Positions 36,768 through 49,100 of a stretch of DNA of 64,000 nt are shown in pieces. The notes beneath the pieces were generated by a model that made no database searches, was not told the DNA's origin, and was given only the letters and a program-made list of their open reading frames with translations. How positions within the stretch are numbered: position 1 is the stretch's first letter; each line of letters opens with the position of its first letter. The translations under genes and the position numbers were made by a program. The stretch comes from a virus. Its lineage: Duplodnaviria; Caudoviricetes. The stretch lies in IMG/VR virus record IMGVR_UViG_3300037247_001786, positions 352,001 through 416,000 of that record. One strand, written 5' to 3'.

Positions 36768-36795
36768 TTGCAAGTGATTTATTATCTGTTATAAT
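36768..36795 (+). promoter_or_regulatory. sigma70-type promoter directly abutting a box
   Basis: TTGCAA-16-TATAAT, then TTGCCAGAGTG at 36796. Confidence 0.65.
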
Positions 36796-37297
36796 TTGCC
36801 AGAGTGTAGAAAATCTAAATTTATAGTATTGTAAAATAAAGTTTAATTAAAAGGATATAGCCATGTTTTCAATTTTAGCGTTTGTGCCATTTGTGCCAAC
36901 TCCATTAAGTTTTATATCGTTTCTCGTATTTGTTGCGGTAGTCATATTTTTTGTCTACCCGAAAATCAAAAACAGTAGAAAGTTAGATGACCTTACTAAA
37001 GATATTTCGTCAGATGGGTCACAAGACAAGAGTACTACTGATAGTATCATAACTGGTATCAGTAATGGAGTTGATAAGCTGAAACAGAGACAAAAGGATG
37101 TCGCCGAAACAATTAAAGACGCAAAGAAAGAGGGCGACAAGATTAAAGATGTCCTTAAAAAATAATAACTATAACCGTAACTATAAATAAAAGGAGTAAT
37201 TGCCTATGAAGTAAAAAGTGGATTTATATTTTGTAGTATTGAAGTAAAATGTATGTAGTTTAAACAAATAAAAATTTTAAAGTAAAAGGAAAAAGTC

Positions 37298-38680
37298 ATG
37301 AACACTAAATTAACACTAACACTTATTGCAGTAGTTGTTATTATCGGTATTTTAGCATCGTTTTCAAGCGGTCTTGTCGGTAAGAACGAAGCTACCAACT
37401 GGCAGATCAAGCAGTCTATTGGCGGTAAAGTAACAATTCAGGATAAACCTGGGTATTATGTCAAGGCATTCGCTACTGTAACCACTTATCCTCGTTATGT
37501 CTCACAGCGTTGGAATGATGTGGTTGGCGATGGCGTCAATAATATCGAATCTATTCGCACCACTTTTAATGATGGCGGCACTGCTCAGATTTCGACTGAT
37601 ATTAGGTTCGCAACACCGAGTAACGAAGAAACTCGTAAAGTTTTCCATCAACAGTTTGGCGGAAATATCGAGAATGCTGTTATCGCTGTTAAGTCTCACT
37701 TGACAAACTGTATCAAAGCAAGTGGACCACTTATGTCGGCATCAGAGAATCAAGCGGCTCGTAAGGCTGAATTTACTCAGCTTGTTGAAAACCAGACAGC
37801 AGAAGGCTTGTATGGTATGGAACGTATCGAAAAGTATATCGAACTTCCTCAATCAGCCGATCAGATCGAAGCTGGCATACCACCTCGCACCGAAGCAGTT
37901 ACAGCAACAAGATTGATTTTTGACAACAACGGAATGCCAGTAGTTGCTAAAGTTTCTCCTTTGAAGACTTATGGTATCACAATTCTCCAGTTCTCAATTA
38001 CAAGTACCGTCTATGACGACGAGACTTTGGAACAGTTTGCTGCTAAGAAAGAATCTTTCCTCGCTGCCGAGAAGTCAAAGGCTGATAAGATTAAGTTTGC
38101 TCAAGCCGAAATGTCAACTGTTGCCGAGTATGCTCAAAAGATTGCCGTCGAAAAAGGTTTGGCTGATATGGAAAAGATGAAGCAGACTACTGACGCCGCG
38201 AGAGACAAAGAACTTGCCGAGATCGACGCTGCTAAAAAAGTAGCTGTTGCAGAATTTGCAAAGACCGAAGCCGAGACAGTTGCTAATATGGCATTGGCTG
38301 TTGCGGCTATCAAAAAAGAAGAGGCTTTAACTGTCGCTAATATGGGTCTTGAAGTAGCCACTATCGACGCTGACGCTGCGGAACAGAAAAAGATTGCTGT
38401 TATCGCCGAAGCCGAAGGTAAGGAAAAGGCTATTGAACTTTCTGGAGCAATTACCGAGAGAGAAGAAGTATTGGCAAGAATCCTCGCCGATAAGGATGTT
38501 CAAGTCGCATTGGCTTTGAAAGACATCAAGGCTCCATCTTTCGTTGTAACTGGCGGAAGCGGTAACGGCGGAGGTTTGCAAGGCACGATGGTTGGCATTG
38601 CTATTATGAAGGCTGCAGGAGTACTTCCAGCAAACTTTAGCATTGACAATCCGATGACATCTGTTCCAGTAGTAAAGTAA
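37298..38680 (+). CDS. SPFH/prohibitin/flotillin-like membrane protein with long Ala/Glu/Lys coiled coil
   Basis: N-terminal TM helix, SPFH-like core ending GITILQFSITS, then AE-rich heptads. Confidence 0.75.
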   Translation: MNTKLTLTLIAVVVIIGILASFSSGLVGKNEATNWQIKQSIGGKVTIQDKPGYYVKAFATVTTYPRYVSQRWNDVVGDGVNNIESIRTTFNDGGTAQISTDIRFATPSNEETRKVFHQQFGGNIENAVIAVKSHLTNCIKASGPLMSASENQAARKAEFTQLVENQTAEGLYGMERIEKYIELPQSADQIEAGIPPRTEAVTATRLIFDNNGMPVVAKVSPLKTYGITILQFSITSTVYDDETLEQFAAKKESFLAAEKSKADKIKFAQAEMSTVAEYAQKIAVEKGLADMEKMKQTTDAARDKELAEIDAAKKVAVAEFAKTEAETVANMALAVAAIKKEEALTVANMGLEVATIDADAAEQKKIAVIAEAEGKEKAIELSGAITEREEVLARILADKDVQVALALKDIKAPSFVVTGGSGNGGGLQGTMVGIAIMKAAGVLPANFSIDNPMTSVPVVK

Positions 38681-38700
38681 TAATTATTACTTCATAGAAA

Positions 38701-38745
38701 AAGACCCCAATAGGTTATCCACTTTTCCTATTGGGGTTTTTCTTT
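38701..38745 (+). terminator. Rho-independent terminator
   Basis: AAGACCCCAATAGG/CCTATTGGGGTTTT stem followed by T run. Confidence 0.8.
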
Positions 38746-38814
38746 GTCTACAGGATTTGCCAGAGTGGTAAAAAATATAATTTATGGTATTATAAACGAT
38801 AACAAAATTATTTT

Positions 38815-39654
38815 TTGAGGATAGTTATTATGAAAAAGCCACTTGGAATCATACTCTATAAGGGTAAATCTGTTATAGATGGTAAACTTATTGTAGTTGT
38901 TGCTACAGGTTTTGCCGGTAAATCAAGCAATGAGAAAACTGGAGATATGATTCAAACATGGATTTTAAGACCCGATGTACCTCCTATTATGGCAATCAAA
39001 ACAGGACATGATTTCTCTGTTTGTGGGGATTGTAAACACAAACATATCGGCTCTTGTTATGTCAACGTCGCTCACGGACCCCACAATGTTTTCTATGCCT
39101 ATCAAAACGATAGGTATGTACGGTTCGATATAGACAAGCATTCTAAACTGTTTGAAGGTCGATCAATTAGATTAGGCTCATACGGTGACCCCGCAGCAGT
39201 ACCCACTCATATATGGGAAACGGTTTGCGGTCTTACAATCGCACACACGGGTTACACGCACCAATGGAATACAAGGTTTGTAAAACCCGAATTAAAGAAT
39301 TTCTGTATGGCAAGTTGCGACAATGAAAAAGAGCAAGTAAAAGCCAAAAGTTTAGGTTGGCGTACTTTTAGAGTTAGAACAGATGTAGACCAGCCTTTAC
39401 TTGAAAACGAATTTGTATGTCCTGCAAGTATGGAATATGGACAGAAAACCTCTTGTATCAAATGCAAGGCTTGTATGGGTTTAGGAGCTAACACCAAAAA
39501 AGACCCTGTTATAGTTGTTCACGGATTAGATCATAAGATAAAGAAGTTCAACAAAGGCATGAAACTTATAGCATGGAAAGAAAAATATAGAAAAGAGTTT
39601 GATTATCCGCTTAAAAAGAAAAAAAAGCGGAAAAGAGTAATTGCCAGAGTGTAA
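38815..39654 (+). CDS. Cys-rich conserved phage protein, possibly Fe-S/radical-SAM-like
   Basis: NEKTGDMIQTWIL, VCGDC...CYV, IRLGSYGDPAAVP, GYTHQW, CPAS...CIKCKAC. Confidence 0.5.
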   Translation: MRIVIMKKPLGIILYKGKSVIDGKLIVVVATGFAGKSSNEKTGDMIQTWILRPDVPPIMAIKTGHDFSVCGDCKHKHIGSCYVNVAHGPHNVFYAYQNDRYVRFDIDKHSKLFEGRSIRLGSYGDPAAVPTHIWETVCGLTIAHTGYTHQWNTRFVKPELKNFCMASCDNEKEQVKAKSLGWRTFRVRTDVDQPLLENEFVCPASMEYGQKTSCIKCKACMGLGANTKKDPVIVVHGLDHKIKKFNKGMKLIAWKEKYRKEFDYPLKKKKKRKRVIARV

Positions 39655-39704
39655 AAAATATAAATTTATATAGTTGTTAATGATAATTTATAAGGAAAGA
39701 TATT

Positions 39705-41834
39705 ATGCATAGCTTTATTGGTATTATTACCTATGGACAGAACATAGGAGAAGCAAGAGACAAGGCAAAGAAACTATCAGACGCTATGATAGGTGAAGTA
39801 GCATACCCTTTTGACTATGGTGGGACTAGTGGCGAAACAATGTTGTTCTCTTCTCAAAAAGGAGTTAAACTTGTCGGTCAAGCTATGGAAGCGACAAAGA
39901 AACATTTCCTATATGCTATAAATATGGTGAGAGAACATCTTGAAAAATTCACAAATGAAGATATAGCCAAGAGTGAAAATATAGTATATGACGAAAAAGA
40001 TACTACATATAATACTGGTATGGCTAGACATTGGATGTTTAAAGCTGGACAGTATAAAGGAGGAGAAATCTGCTTATACGATAACGACGGAGAAGGTATT
40101 AGAACTCCAGAACATTTAGACAGAGTCTTGAAGCAATGGGATAAGCCGGTATCTGGAGAAAAGATATATGTCACTCCATTTAATATGCATTTCTAATTTG
40201 CCAGAGTGACAAAAATATAAACTTATAGAAGTGTTAATACTAACACTGAATAGGAGTTGTAAAATGCCATTGGGTAAAGTAATATATTTTCAGAAAAATC
40301 TTGATACGGAAGTAAAAGTCGCTATCATTATTAAAGAGGAATATGATCATGAGGGGGTATGGGGTCATATCGCTTGCGAACTTGATCATAGTCCAGATGA
40401 GGAAGAGATTAGAGTAGCAAGTGTTGACAGGAATGTTATTATTCCTTTTCCGAAAAATGAGGAAATAGATAAAAATCTAAAATACTATAAAGAAGCTAAA
40501 CATTTTCTTGATAGATTGGTGGATTTTGACACTATGTCAAAGGACGAGATAATAGCTGTATGCGATATGACAGCGATAATTGCAAGACAAGAACTTTAAT
40601 GGAGATAGAATTATGAGTTATGAAACGAGTGCTAGTTACGCTGACACGGTAGAAATCGATTTTGTTAAGGCTCAATGTCCTGAAGAGTGGGAAAAATTTA
40701 ATCTTGCTTTGTTAGCTGGGGAAATTGATTTTGATGCTTTTTGTCAATGCACTTCTATTGAGGATGAATTAGATGCAGATGAGCCAGAAGCCAAAGCGAT
40801 TGATGAAGCATATGAAGCTCTTCAAGATGCTTTTAGGATAAAAGTGGCTCTTACTCTTAATATAGTCTATAACGAAAAAGACGACAGAGGTGATGAATTA
40901 GAGGGAGGCTCCTTTGCCGTCGATGGGGTTTGGGTTCTTTCCGAGGGTGGAAGAAATCATAAAGATAGTATTGAAAGACTATTTTGGACTAATGGCGGAT
41001 AATATGATATATCATATAAAACAATATGGTAGGATAACTGTTACTCATATAGATAGGGAGATGATCTCAGAAGAAGATATAAAAGAGATTACTCTTAAAC
41101 TAGTAAAAAAAGCTAAAGAAGCTATTAAAAAGAGTAAAATGGTTAGTGGTGCTTTTGATGTAGAAGTATGTCAAACTAACGGAGAAGTAGTTGATAGTTT
41201 TTTAAGCGGAACTTACTAATTTGCCAGAGTGGTAAAAAAAGAAAGTTATAGTAATATGAAAGCATACGATAAAAAAGAAAAGTTTCCCGAACATTGGAAG
41301 AGCGTAAGAATATTAGGAGAGATGTGTGTTGATATTGCTACTCATAGTATTTTAGGGGTAGAGTATAAATCCGATAAGAGGGCTGGTAGATATGGTTTAA
41401 GACTATCAGATAAAGATATTTTCGAGTTCTATAATCCTCATAATGACGGAGTTATGAGTCATGGGGGTACAAAGTTGGATGCTGTAATAGGAGCCGAATG
41501 TGTCTATCTAAACCACTTCATCTTTGAAAATGAAAACGAATTGTGGGCATGGGTAGCAGAGTGGGGGGGACTTACTCATTTGCAAGATATACTTGAATTA
41601 GAGGAAAAGAAAACCAAAAACAAAGAGATTCTATTCCATAATATATCCTATACTCTTAAAGATACAGATTTAGATATAGACTTTATGGAAGTAGAACAGA
41701 TTGAATATATGATAGGGCAAGGTTTCAGCGAGGGAGAACTGTCTATGACAGACCCAGATAATCCAGAAGAGACTTTTATGGGTTATTGGAAAATAGATAA
41801 CATTTGCCAGAGTTGTAAAAAAAGTATTTTATAG
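39705..41834 (+). other. Box-headed units of small hypothetical CDSs
   Basis: ORFs ending 40196, 40599, 41002, 41219 and 41834, delimited by boxes at 39641, 40198, 41221 and 41804. Confidence 0.7.
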
Positions 41835-41853
41835 TAGTACAGGAGATTTTATT

Positions 41854-43164
41854 ATGGCTAATGTATTAGAACACAAGAAATTTATTTGCGTATGTTTTGG
41901 CGATACGAATAATAACAAGGTATGGCAATATACTTTATACGATGATGGTACCGCTCTAACAGAATGGGGGAGAGTCGGGAAAAAACTACAAAGTAAGATG
42001 ACAACCGAATCTAAAGCCCTTGCCAAAATGAGGGAAAAGACAAGAGTAAATAACAAACCAGATAAACTCTATACAGAAGTTATGGTAGCTGAGGGAGTAT
42101 CTTCGTCAAGCACTGCTGTTGTAGCGTCCTCTAATTTAAAATCTATTGCTAACAAGCAAATAGATATTAAAGACCCTACTTTGAAAGAGTTAGTAGAATT
42201 TCTTGTAAAAGAGAATATCCATAATATTATGGAAACGTCCAAAGGCTCTATCCAGTACGATACTGCATCTGCTCAATTCAAGACACCATTAGGCGTTATT
42301 CTACCTGATCAAGTTTCTGACGCGAGAGATTTATTAGACGATATGGCTGACTATGTAGTTACAGGAGATTTCAATAATAGGAAATTCGCCAGATTATTAA
42401 ATGAATATCTGCGTTTAATCCCACATGATATTGGTATGTCTAAAATCAGTCCGAAACTTATACTTCCAGATGATGACGCATTACAGACCGAGAATAACTT
42501 GTTAGATGGGCTTGACGTTTCTTTTAATGATATACAAACTGGAGCTACAAAAACTAAAACTACGAAAAAGAAAAAAGATAATACTCCTAAACTTTTCGAT
42601 GTTACTCTTGATATTGTTCGCGATAGGAAAGAGATTAGTCGTATAAAAAAGTATTTCAATGACACAAAGTTAAATATGCATGTAACGAGTGGGTATCGAG
42701 TTAAAAAGATATATGAAGTAAAGATAGGGGCAATGCACTCATCTTATGAAAAATCGGGTTTACCGATAGGTAATATTATGGAATTATGGCATGGCACTCG
42801 CTGTTCTAATTTACTTTCGATTCTCAAAAAAGGGCTAATAATACCTCCATCGCAGTCAAGCCATGTGACCGGACGGATGTTTGGTGCCGGACTTTATTTT
42901 TCTGACCAATCGACTAAGGCTCTGAATTATGCCACTAATTTTTGGAATTCTTCTGGTTCTTCAAAGCGTATTTTTATGTTCTTGTGTGACGTTGCTATGG
43001 GCAAATATCATGTTCCGTCTGGAGGTTGGGGTAGCGGTTATCCTAAAAGAGGTTTTGACTCTACTTTTGCCAAAGCAAATGTATCTTCGGTTAGGAATAA
43101 CGAAATGATAGTTTATAAGTTACCACAAGCCAATTTAAAATATCTTTTAGAATTTGAAGAATAA
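41854..43164 (+). CDS. PARP-family ADP-ribosyltransferase (WGR + helical + catalytic domains)
   Basis: TEWGRVG WGR motif; LWHGTR.SN..SIL..GL, GRMFGAGLYF, KALNYA, FLCDVAMG, NNEMIVY..Q.NLKYLLEF give an intact H-Y-E triad. Confidence 0.93.
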   Translation: MANVLEHKKFICVCFGDTNNNKVWQYTLYDDGTALTEWGRVGKKLQSKMTTESKALAKMREKTRVNNKPDKLYTEVMVAEGVSSSSTAVVASSNLKSIANKQIDIKDPTLKELVEFLVKENIHNIMETSKGSIQYDTASAQFKTPLGVILPDQVSDARDLLDDMADYVVTGDFNNRKFARLLNEYLRLIPHDIGMSKISPKLILPDDDALQTENNLLDGLDVSFNDIQTGATKTKTTKKKKDNTPKLFDVTLDIVRDRKEISRIKKYFNDTKLNMHVTSGYRVKKIYEVKIGAMHSSYEKSGLPIGNIMELWHGTRCSNLLSILKKGLIIPPSQSSHVTGRMFGAGLYFSDQSTKALNYATNFWNSSGSSKRIFMFLCDVAMGKYHVPSGGWGSGYPKRGFDSTFAKANVSSVRNNEMIVYKLPQANLKYLLEFEE

Positions 43165-43234
43165 AAAAGGTCTATTCCCGAAACTCCATAATTATATAAT
43201 ATTAAGTTAATATTAAATTATATGGAGTTTTAAA

Positions 43235-43876
43235 ATGGCAAAGAAGAGAAAAAAATATGGACCAAAAAACGATTTAACAGGGCAAAGATTCGGACATCTT
43301 GAAGTTTTAAGAATGGCTCATAAGCCAGACGATAACAGAAAAGAGTATAAAGCTGTTTGTAAGTGCCACAATTGTGGAAAAACAGAACATTGGGTTTTTC
43401 CTTATCATCTAAGAAAAAAATTGACGACCAGTTGTGGCTGTTTAATGGGCAATAGGAAAAAAGGAAAAGATAGAAGCTGCTACAGCGGTTATGGAGAGAT
43501 TACGGGCTCGGTATGGGGAAAAATAAAACAAGGAGCACGAAGAAGAGAAAAAGAGTTTACAATAACCATTCGAGAAGGATGGGAATTGTTTATCAAACAA
43601 GATAGAAAATGTTCTTTAACACTACTTCCAATCGAAATGGGAACAGGTAGAAACTTGGGAACTGCCTCTTTAGACAGAATAGACAGTTCAAAAGGCTACA
43701 TAATAGATAACATACAATGGGTACATAGGAATGTAAATATTATCAAACATACCTGTTCTCAAGAGTATTTCCTCACTCTTTGTCGTAAAATAGTTAATAA
43801 TGAAGCATTAAAGAATGTGCCTAATTTATCGGACGAAGAGATATTAGCTAATCCTATATTTGCTAGAGGTTTTTGA
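43235..43876 (+). CDS. HNH-type homing endonuclease-like protein
   Basis: DLTGQRFGHLEVL, CKCHNCG...TSCGC, SLDRIDSSKGYIIDNIQWVHRNVN. Confidence 0.8.
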   Translation: MAKKRKKYGPKNDLTGQRFGHLEVLRMAHKPDDNRKEYKAVCKCHNCGKTEHWVFPYHLRKKLTTSCGCLMGNRKKGKDRSCYSGYGEITGSVWGKIKQGARRREKEFTITIREGWELFIKQDRKCSLTLLPIEMGTGRNLGTASLDRIDSSKGYIIDNIQWVHRNVNIIKHTCSQEYFLTLCRKIVNNEALKNVPNLSDEEILANPIFARGF

Positions 43877-44753
43877 ATTTGCCAGAGTGTGGAAAAACAT
43901 AATTTATATGGGTGTTAATAACTTATTTATATAGGAGTAAAAAATGGAACTTGAAAAATTTGGAAAAGATTTTAGGGAGTTTTTTTTAAAACTGCACCAA
44001 GCTGTCGATATAATTGAAGATGGATTTTTCCCTCATTGCGATAAAAAAGAGTTTGATTTTGATTGTTACAGTAATTCAAATCCTATAATAGAGATTACAT
44101 TCACTACATACTCTCCTGGAGAGGGTTATAGTGACGATGATTATTATCTTTCCGTTCCTGATACTATCATCACAGAAAAAGGTTTAAATGAGTTTCTCGA
44201 TGAGTTAAGACGTAAAAAAGCAGAAAGAATAGAAGAAGAACAGAAGCAGCAAAGACAAATAGAAGAGAAAGAGAAAAAAGTACAAGAGGAAAAAGAACGT
44301 AAAGAGCTTAAAAGATTACAAAATAAATATGAGGTTCTAGGGAGTTAATAACTTAATTTTTGCGGAGTAAAAAATGAAAGATGTATTTACTGTATATAAA
44401 GACGGAACAAAATTAATGACTTCAAGAGTAAGAAATTTTGAAGATGAATACAATATGATTGGGAGATTTTTAAAATGGTTAGGAGATAAATAATGAACTC
44501 ATTAAATATAAATTTAGAAGAGGGTGACAAGGTCGTACTAGAGGGAGATTGTCACGAATCCATAAGAACCGTTACTGTAACTGGAGGCTTTGGCATGAGT
44601 AAGAATACTGCTGGCACTGGTTTATTCGTCGAGTTGCCAAACGGGACTACTGGCAAAGCTAATAGTATGGAGATCGAGCGAAGACTTCCATTATTGCCAG
44701 AGTGTGAAAAAAAGTAATTTATAAGGTTGTTAATAATATTTTGTAAGGGAAAG

Positions 44754-45278
44754 ATTATGGGTCAATACTATAAAGTTGTAAATACCGAACTTATGCAGTG
44801 GTACCATCCAGATTGGCTCAAACTTATGGAGCACTCATGGTTAGGTAACGAATGCGTGGGTAAGATAATGCGGCTCTTGTCGCCTGGCGGAGATTGGTAT
44901 AAGGCTCCTATCGTTTGGTGCGGCGATTATTATAGCGAATATGGCGAAATCCCATATTATGATTTGGTAAAAAGTGCTGATAGAGTCCGCCCCGAAAAGA
45001 CTATGACACGGGACGAACAACTTCAAGCTATTTTAGTTAATCATACTAAATTGGAATATACTACTTACCAGAATCTTCCAAAAAACAAAGATGGTTGGGT
45101 AATCAACCCATTACCTCTTTTAACTGCTTGCGGTAACAATAGGGGCGGCGGAGATTATTACGATAGTCACCCCGATTTTGATAAGGTCGGTATTTGGGCT
45201 AATGATCGACTGTCTGTCGAGACAGAGATACCTTATGGGTATTGGCACTTGAAGGTCAATTTTATAGAAATAAGATAA
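44754..45278 (+). CDS. Conserved hypothetical phage protein
   Basis: MGQYYKVVN...LKLMEHSW...VWCGDY...PLPLLTACGN.RGGGDY...VGIWAND; start probably the ATG about 9 codons into the track ORF. Confidence 0.65.
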   Translation: MMGQYYKVVNTELMQWYHPDWLKLMEHSWLGNECVGKIMRLLSPGGDWYKAPIVWCGDYYSEYGEIPYYDLVKSADRVRPEKTMTRDEQLQAILVNHTKLEYTTYQNLPKNKDGWVINPLPLLTACGNNRGGGDYYDSHPDFDKVGIWANDRLSVETEIPYGYWHLKVNFIEIR

Positions 45279-45358
45279 ATTGCCAGAGTGGTAAAAAATA
45301 GAATTTATGTAGTTGTAAGTAATAACTAAAACATTTTTTATTAAACAGGAGAAAGACA

Positions 45359-46015
45359 ATGGATTCTAACAATCCAAATAGTGTAGCCATCGTTGGTACA
45401 CCGGACATGGGGGTAGCCGTTAAAGTCACGGATACTCTGAAAGATAAGACTATCGACCTTATCATAATTATGACAGGAAAAGAGTCTCTTTTCACTGCTT
45501 ATGACCTAACGCAGCGATTGAGAGTGGAAAATGTCGGTATGAATGTTCCCCATGTAGAGATAAGGGATATGGTTCATCAAGAGTTTAACGATACTTTCTG
45601 CGATGAGTACGAAAGAACTTTGACAGAGTTGCTTACTGGCGATAATTCTTTTGTCTATCACCCCGAGAATATCGCTGCAACCGATTATCATTTGGCAGTA
45701 AAGCCAGCAGTTGACGATACGGTTGACGACGGAGTCGGTTTTGGTCTGACAGACAGTAATAGGCTCAATATCCCACTGTCCATGTTGAACGATATGGAAC
45801 TAAAGAAAAGCGATAAGGTTCATATTGAAACAGAGAATGGGGTAATGTCCCTCACAACCGTCCCAGCGACGCCAGATAATGAGTTACAGGTCAATGCCGA
45901 TGGTCGGCTACGTCTTAACTCTACCACGCTTACAAGGGCATTTGGTAGCCTTAGTAAGAAGTACAACATTGAGGTATCTTCGGATAAAACAGCTATCACT
46001 GTTCGTCCGATATAA
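45359..46015 (+). CDS. Protein with two C-terminal AbrB/SpoVT-like segments
   Basis: TDSNRLNIPLSMLNDMELKKSDKVHI and VNADGRLRLNSTTL. Confidence 0.5.
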   Translation: MDSNNPNSVAIVGTPDMGVAVKVTDTLKDKTIDLIIIMTGKESLFTAYDLTQRLRVENVGMNVPHVEIRDMVHQEFNDTFCDEYERTLTELLTGDNSFVYHPENIAATDYHLAVKPAVDDTVDDGVGFGLTDSNRLNIPLSMLNDMELKKSDKVHIETENGVMSLTTVPATPDNELQVNADGRLRLNSTTLTRAFGSLSKKYNIEVSSDKTAITVRPI

Positions 46016-46041
46016 AGAACTATCAGCACTTCCTCACAATT

Positions 46042-46078
46042 AGAGAGGGGTAACTACGGTTACTCTTCTCTTTTTTTT
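46042..46078 (+). terminator. Rho-independent terminator
   Basis: AGAGAGGGGTAAC-TACG-GTTACTCTTCTCT followed by T run. Confidence 0.8.
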
Positions 46079-46128
46079 GCCAGAGTGTATAAAAATCACT
46101 TTTATAGTAGTATGAAAGGAATACTATT

Positions 46129-49100
46129 ATGCGAAAAAAAATAACAATAAATGATTATGAGTTTGAGTTAGTCTATTCAGTAGACGAACCTAACAAAATC
46201 GTTTCCTCTACCTTTAAACTCCGAAATGCTGGACCTCCTACCCAAGAGTTTAGTATGTCTAAAGAAGAATATAGAATAGGGCAAAAAATTCAAGCAGATA
46301 TTTTCGATGGAGATTGGGATTGGCTTATCGCAAAAACGACAAAGACTATATCTTTAGATATATGTGGTATAACTATTGAGTTAGTTGATGTAGAATGGAT
46401 AGGAGATACTCGTCTCCGCTATACCGATGGTAGTATCAGATATGGTGGAGGTTCTATAACTGATAATCTCAAAGACGTATGCGAGGCTTGCGGTGACGTT
46501 CGTTGCGACTTGCTTTGTCCTGACGCTTTGGAGAAAGCAAGCGATAGGGATATAGATATTCAATGTAGTAATAATGAAGAATTAGAGAGTAGTAGAAACC
46601 ACAACTATGCTTGCGATGGGGTACTATCTATGGTTTTGGGTCATGCTGTCGCTGGACTGGATATCGAATCAGCTGCTTATAGAGAGGGGCTTGACGCTGC
46701 AATAGAGGGAATTGCCAATAATATCTAATTTGCCAGAGTGATTATTTTTAAAGGTTATACAAGTGTTAATGTTAATTTTTGCGGAGTAAATACTATGGGT
46801 TATTGTATTGAGTTAAGAGAAGAAAACTTTAAAGTCACCGTTGCTAAAAGTTTAGAGGCTTTTCCTATAGTCATGAAATCTATTATTAACGAGAGAAACA
46901 CAAGTACAATGAGTTTCTCTTGGGTAGATGATGAAGATATTGAAAAAGCTAAATCCTTAACTGACCTTATGACCTCTTTCCGTTGGGAACCTGATATTGA
47001 CTCGGAAGGAAATATTATTAGTATTGATTTTTGTGGGGAGAAATTAGGGGATGATAAGATATTATTCGATATAATTGCTCCTTTTGTAGAAGATGACAGT
47101 TATATAGAAATGAGTGGGGAAGATGGTTCGATATGGAGATGGATTTTTAAAGATGGAGAATGTACTGAAAAAGATGCAACTATTGTCTTTTAATAATTTG
47201 CCAGAGTGATTATTTTTAAAGGTTATATGATTATGGAATTAAAAGAATTAAAAAATGAAACTATATGTTCTGATTGTGGGGCTGTAATAACCTCTGAATC
47301 AAGGAGCAATTTTCACACTAATGGTCACTGGAACGAATATCGAGAGTTTAAGTGCGGTAGAAAAATCCATTTTAGTCCTAACTTTATGAAGATTATCGTT
47401 GAGGTAGAATGTCCTAAAAACCCAACACAGAAACGTAAAATCGCGAAACAAAAAAGACTTGTAAAAGCTATCACTGAAATGGTAAACAAGTCAAGAGTTA
47501 CTAAAGAGTATAAAGAAAGACTCTTACGAGATATAAAATGGTGGTAAAATTTTTAATAAAATCAAATGTTTTTTATCAAGGACACGGTTCTAGTTCTTGT
47601 GGAACTTGCGAAGTAGAGTCAGAGCATAATAAAGAGTTATTAACTCTTTTTTTTCAGGCTCTTAAATCTGCTAAAATGATAGAAGACTGGGTGACTATTT
47701 CTCAGATATGGTTATCGCAGGGTAAAGTTAATTTTGTATCTAAAACGAGTTTACAAGAAAATGGAGTTATCGCTTACTATCATATTTGCCAGAGTGATAA
47801 AAATATAAACTTATAGAATTGTTAATTGAAACTTATTGGAGTTTAAGACGATGGGAACAAGAAAAAAAAGAAATAAGGATATTTGGGATACCTCTAATTC
47901 GGATTGTCATGTTCCCTATACTGACGAAGACATAGAATTAATTCTTCATCAATTACCTATTCCTAGTAATTGTGAATTACTGGGAAAAGCTTTAAAAAGG
48001 TCATCAGGAGCCATCCGACAAGTTTTTGAAAAAGCTTATATGCCTCATTCGGAAGCAAAAAATCTTACTGTTGGTAAAAATAGAGTTGAGAGTTCATATA
48101 ATATACAGATACAAAAAATATCTAAAAAGCTGAGGCTTATTAGAGGGTATAACGTTTTTAAATACCAGGGCAAGAAAGACTCTTACGAGATATAAAATGG
48201 TGGTAATGAATTAGGTAATATCAATTTTAATTAGGTAAAGGAATTAGGTAATGTCCAATTCAGCTTATATAGAAACATTCAAAAAGACCAGTTTATGCTC
48301 TGGAGAAACTCATTTCATAATTGACGTACAAGACAATCATGGTTCGGTTTCTCTCGTCACTCCAGAAAAAGACATATCAGAAGAAGATATGGAACTTCTT
48401 CAATATGTCAGAAAACAAGTTGAGAATAGAGACGAACACGGTTCAGATTGTGATATTATATTTGATATATTTGAATATATTGATAGCGGCGAAATAGGGA
48501 TTAACATAAACAATACCTATTATGACTGGGACGATATAAAAGAGTTTATGACTGGGGAAGAAGTAGAAATTTCTGAAATAGATAGAATCAATCCTTTCTC
48601 GTTATTTTTTATTGGTGATACCATTTATACCAACGAGAATTATGACCTTAAAAAGGTGGAAAAAGCCGTAGGTATATCTAATGATATAATGCAAATCCTC
48701 AATAAATTGGCAAAAGATATTCTCGAAGTCGCCACATCGGTTCAACACCTATTAGTGTACGCTGCTAAAAAGATAGAAGCATTTGGCAACGAGGGGGTAG
48801 GAGTTGGAGACACCGCCACAGATGAATTGATAGCCGAATACTTGGAGAACAAGTTAAAAGGAAAATTCTCTAAGAAAGATAGGTCGGAGATAGGGCAAGA
48901 CTTCTATTATATGTATCATAGGTAATTTGCCAGAGTGAAGAAAAATAAGGTTTATAGTATTATGAACGCACAATTAGCGAATTTGTTTAGTTATATTAAG
49001 AACCTGACTGTTGTTGTTTTTTGGATAGATTCAACAGTTAAAGGAGATATATATCATCGTTTATCCGAAGTTAGAGGAGAAGATGATGAACTGAAAGCAT

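Noticed and set aside
38715-38722. DnaA-box-like TTATCCAC
   Set aside because: Single copy located in a terminator loop
46738-47547. Shared MIIFKGY N-termini of two ORFs as a signal peptide
   Set aside because: Artefact of calling the GTG inside identical box leaders as start; true starts lie downstream
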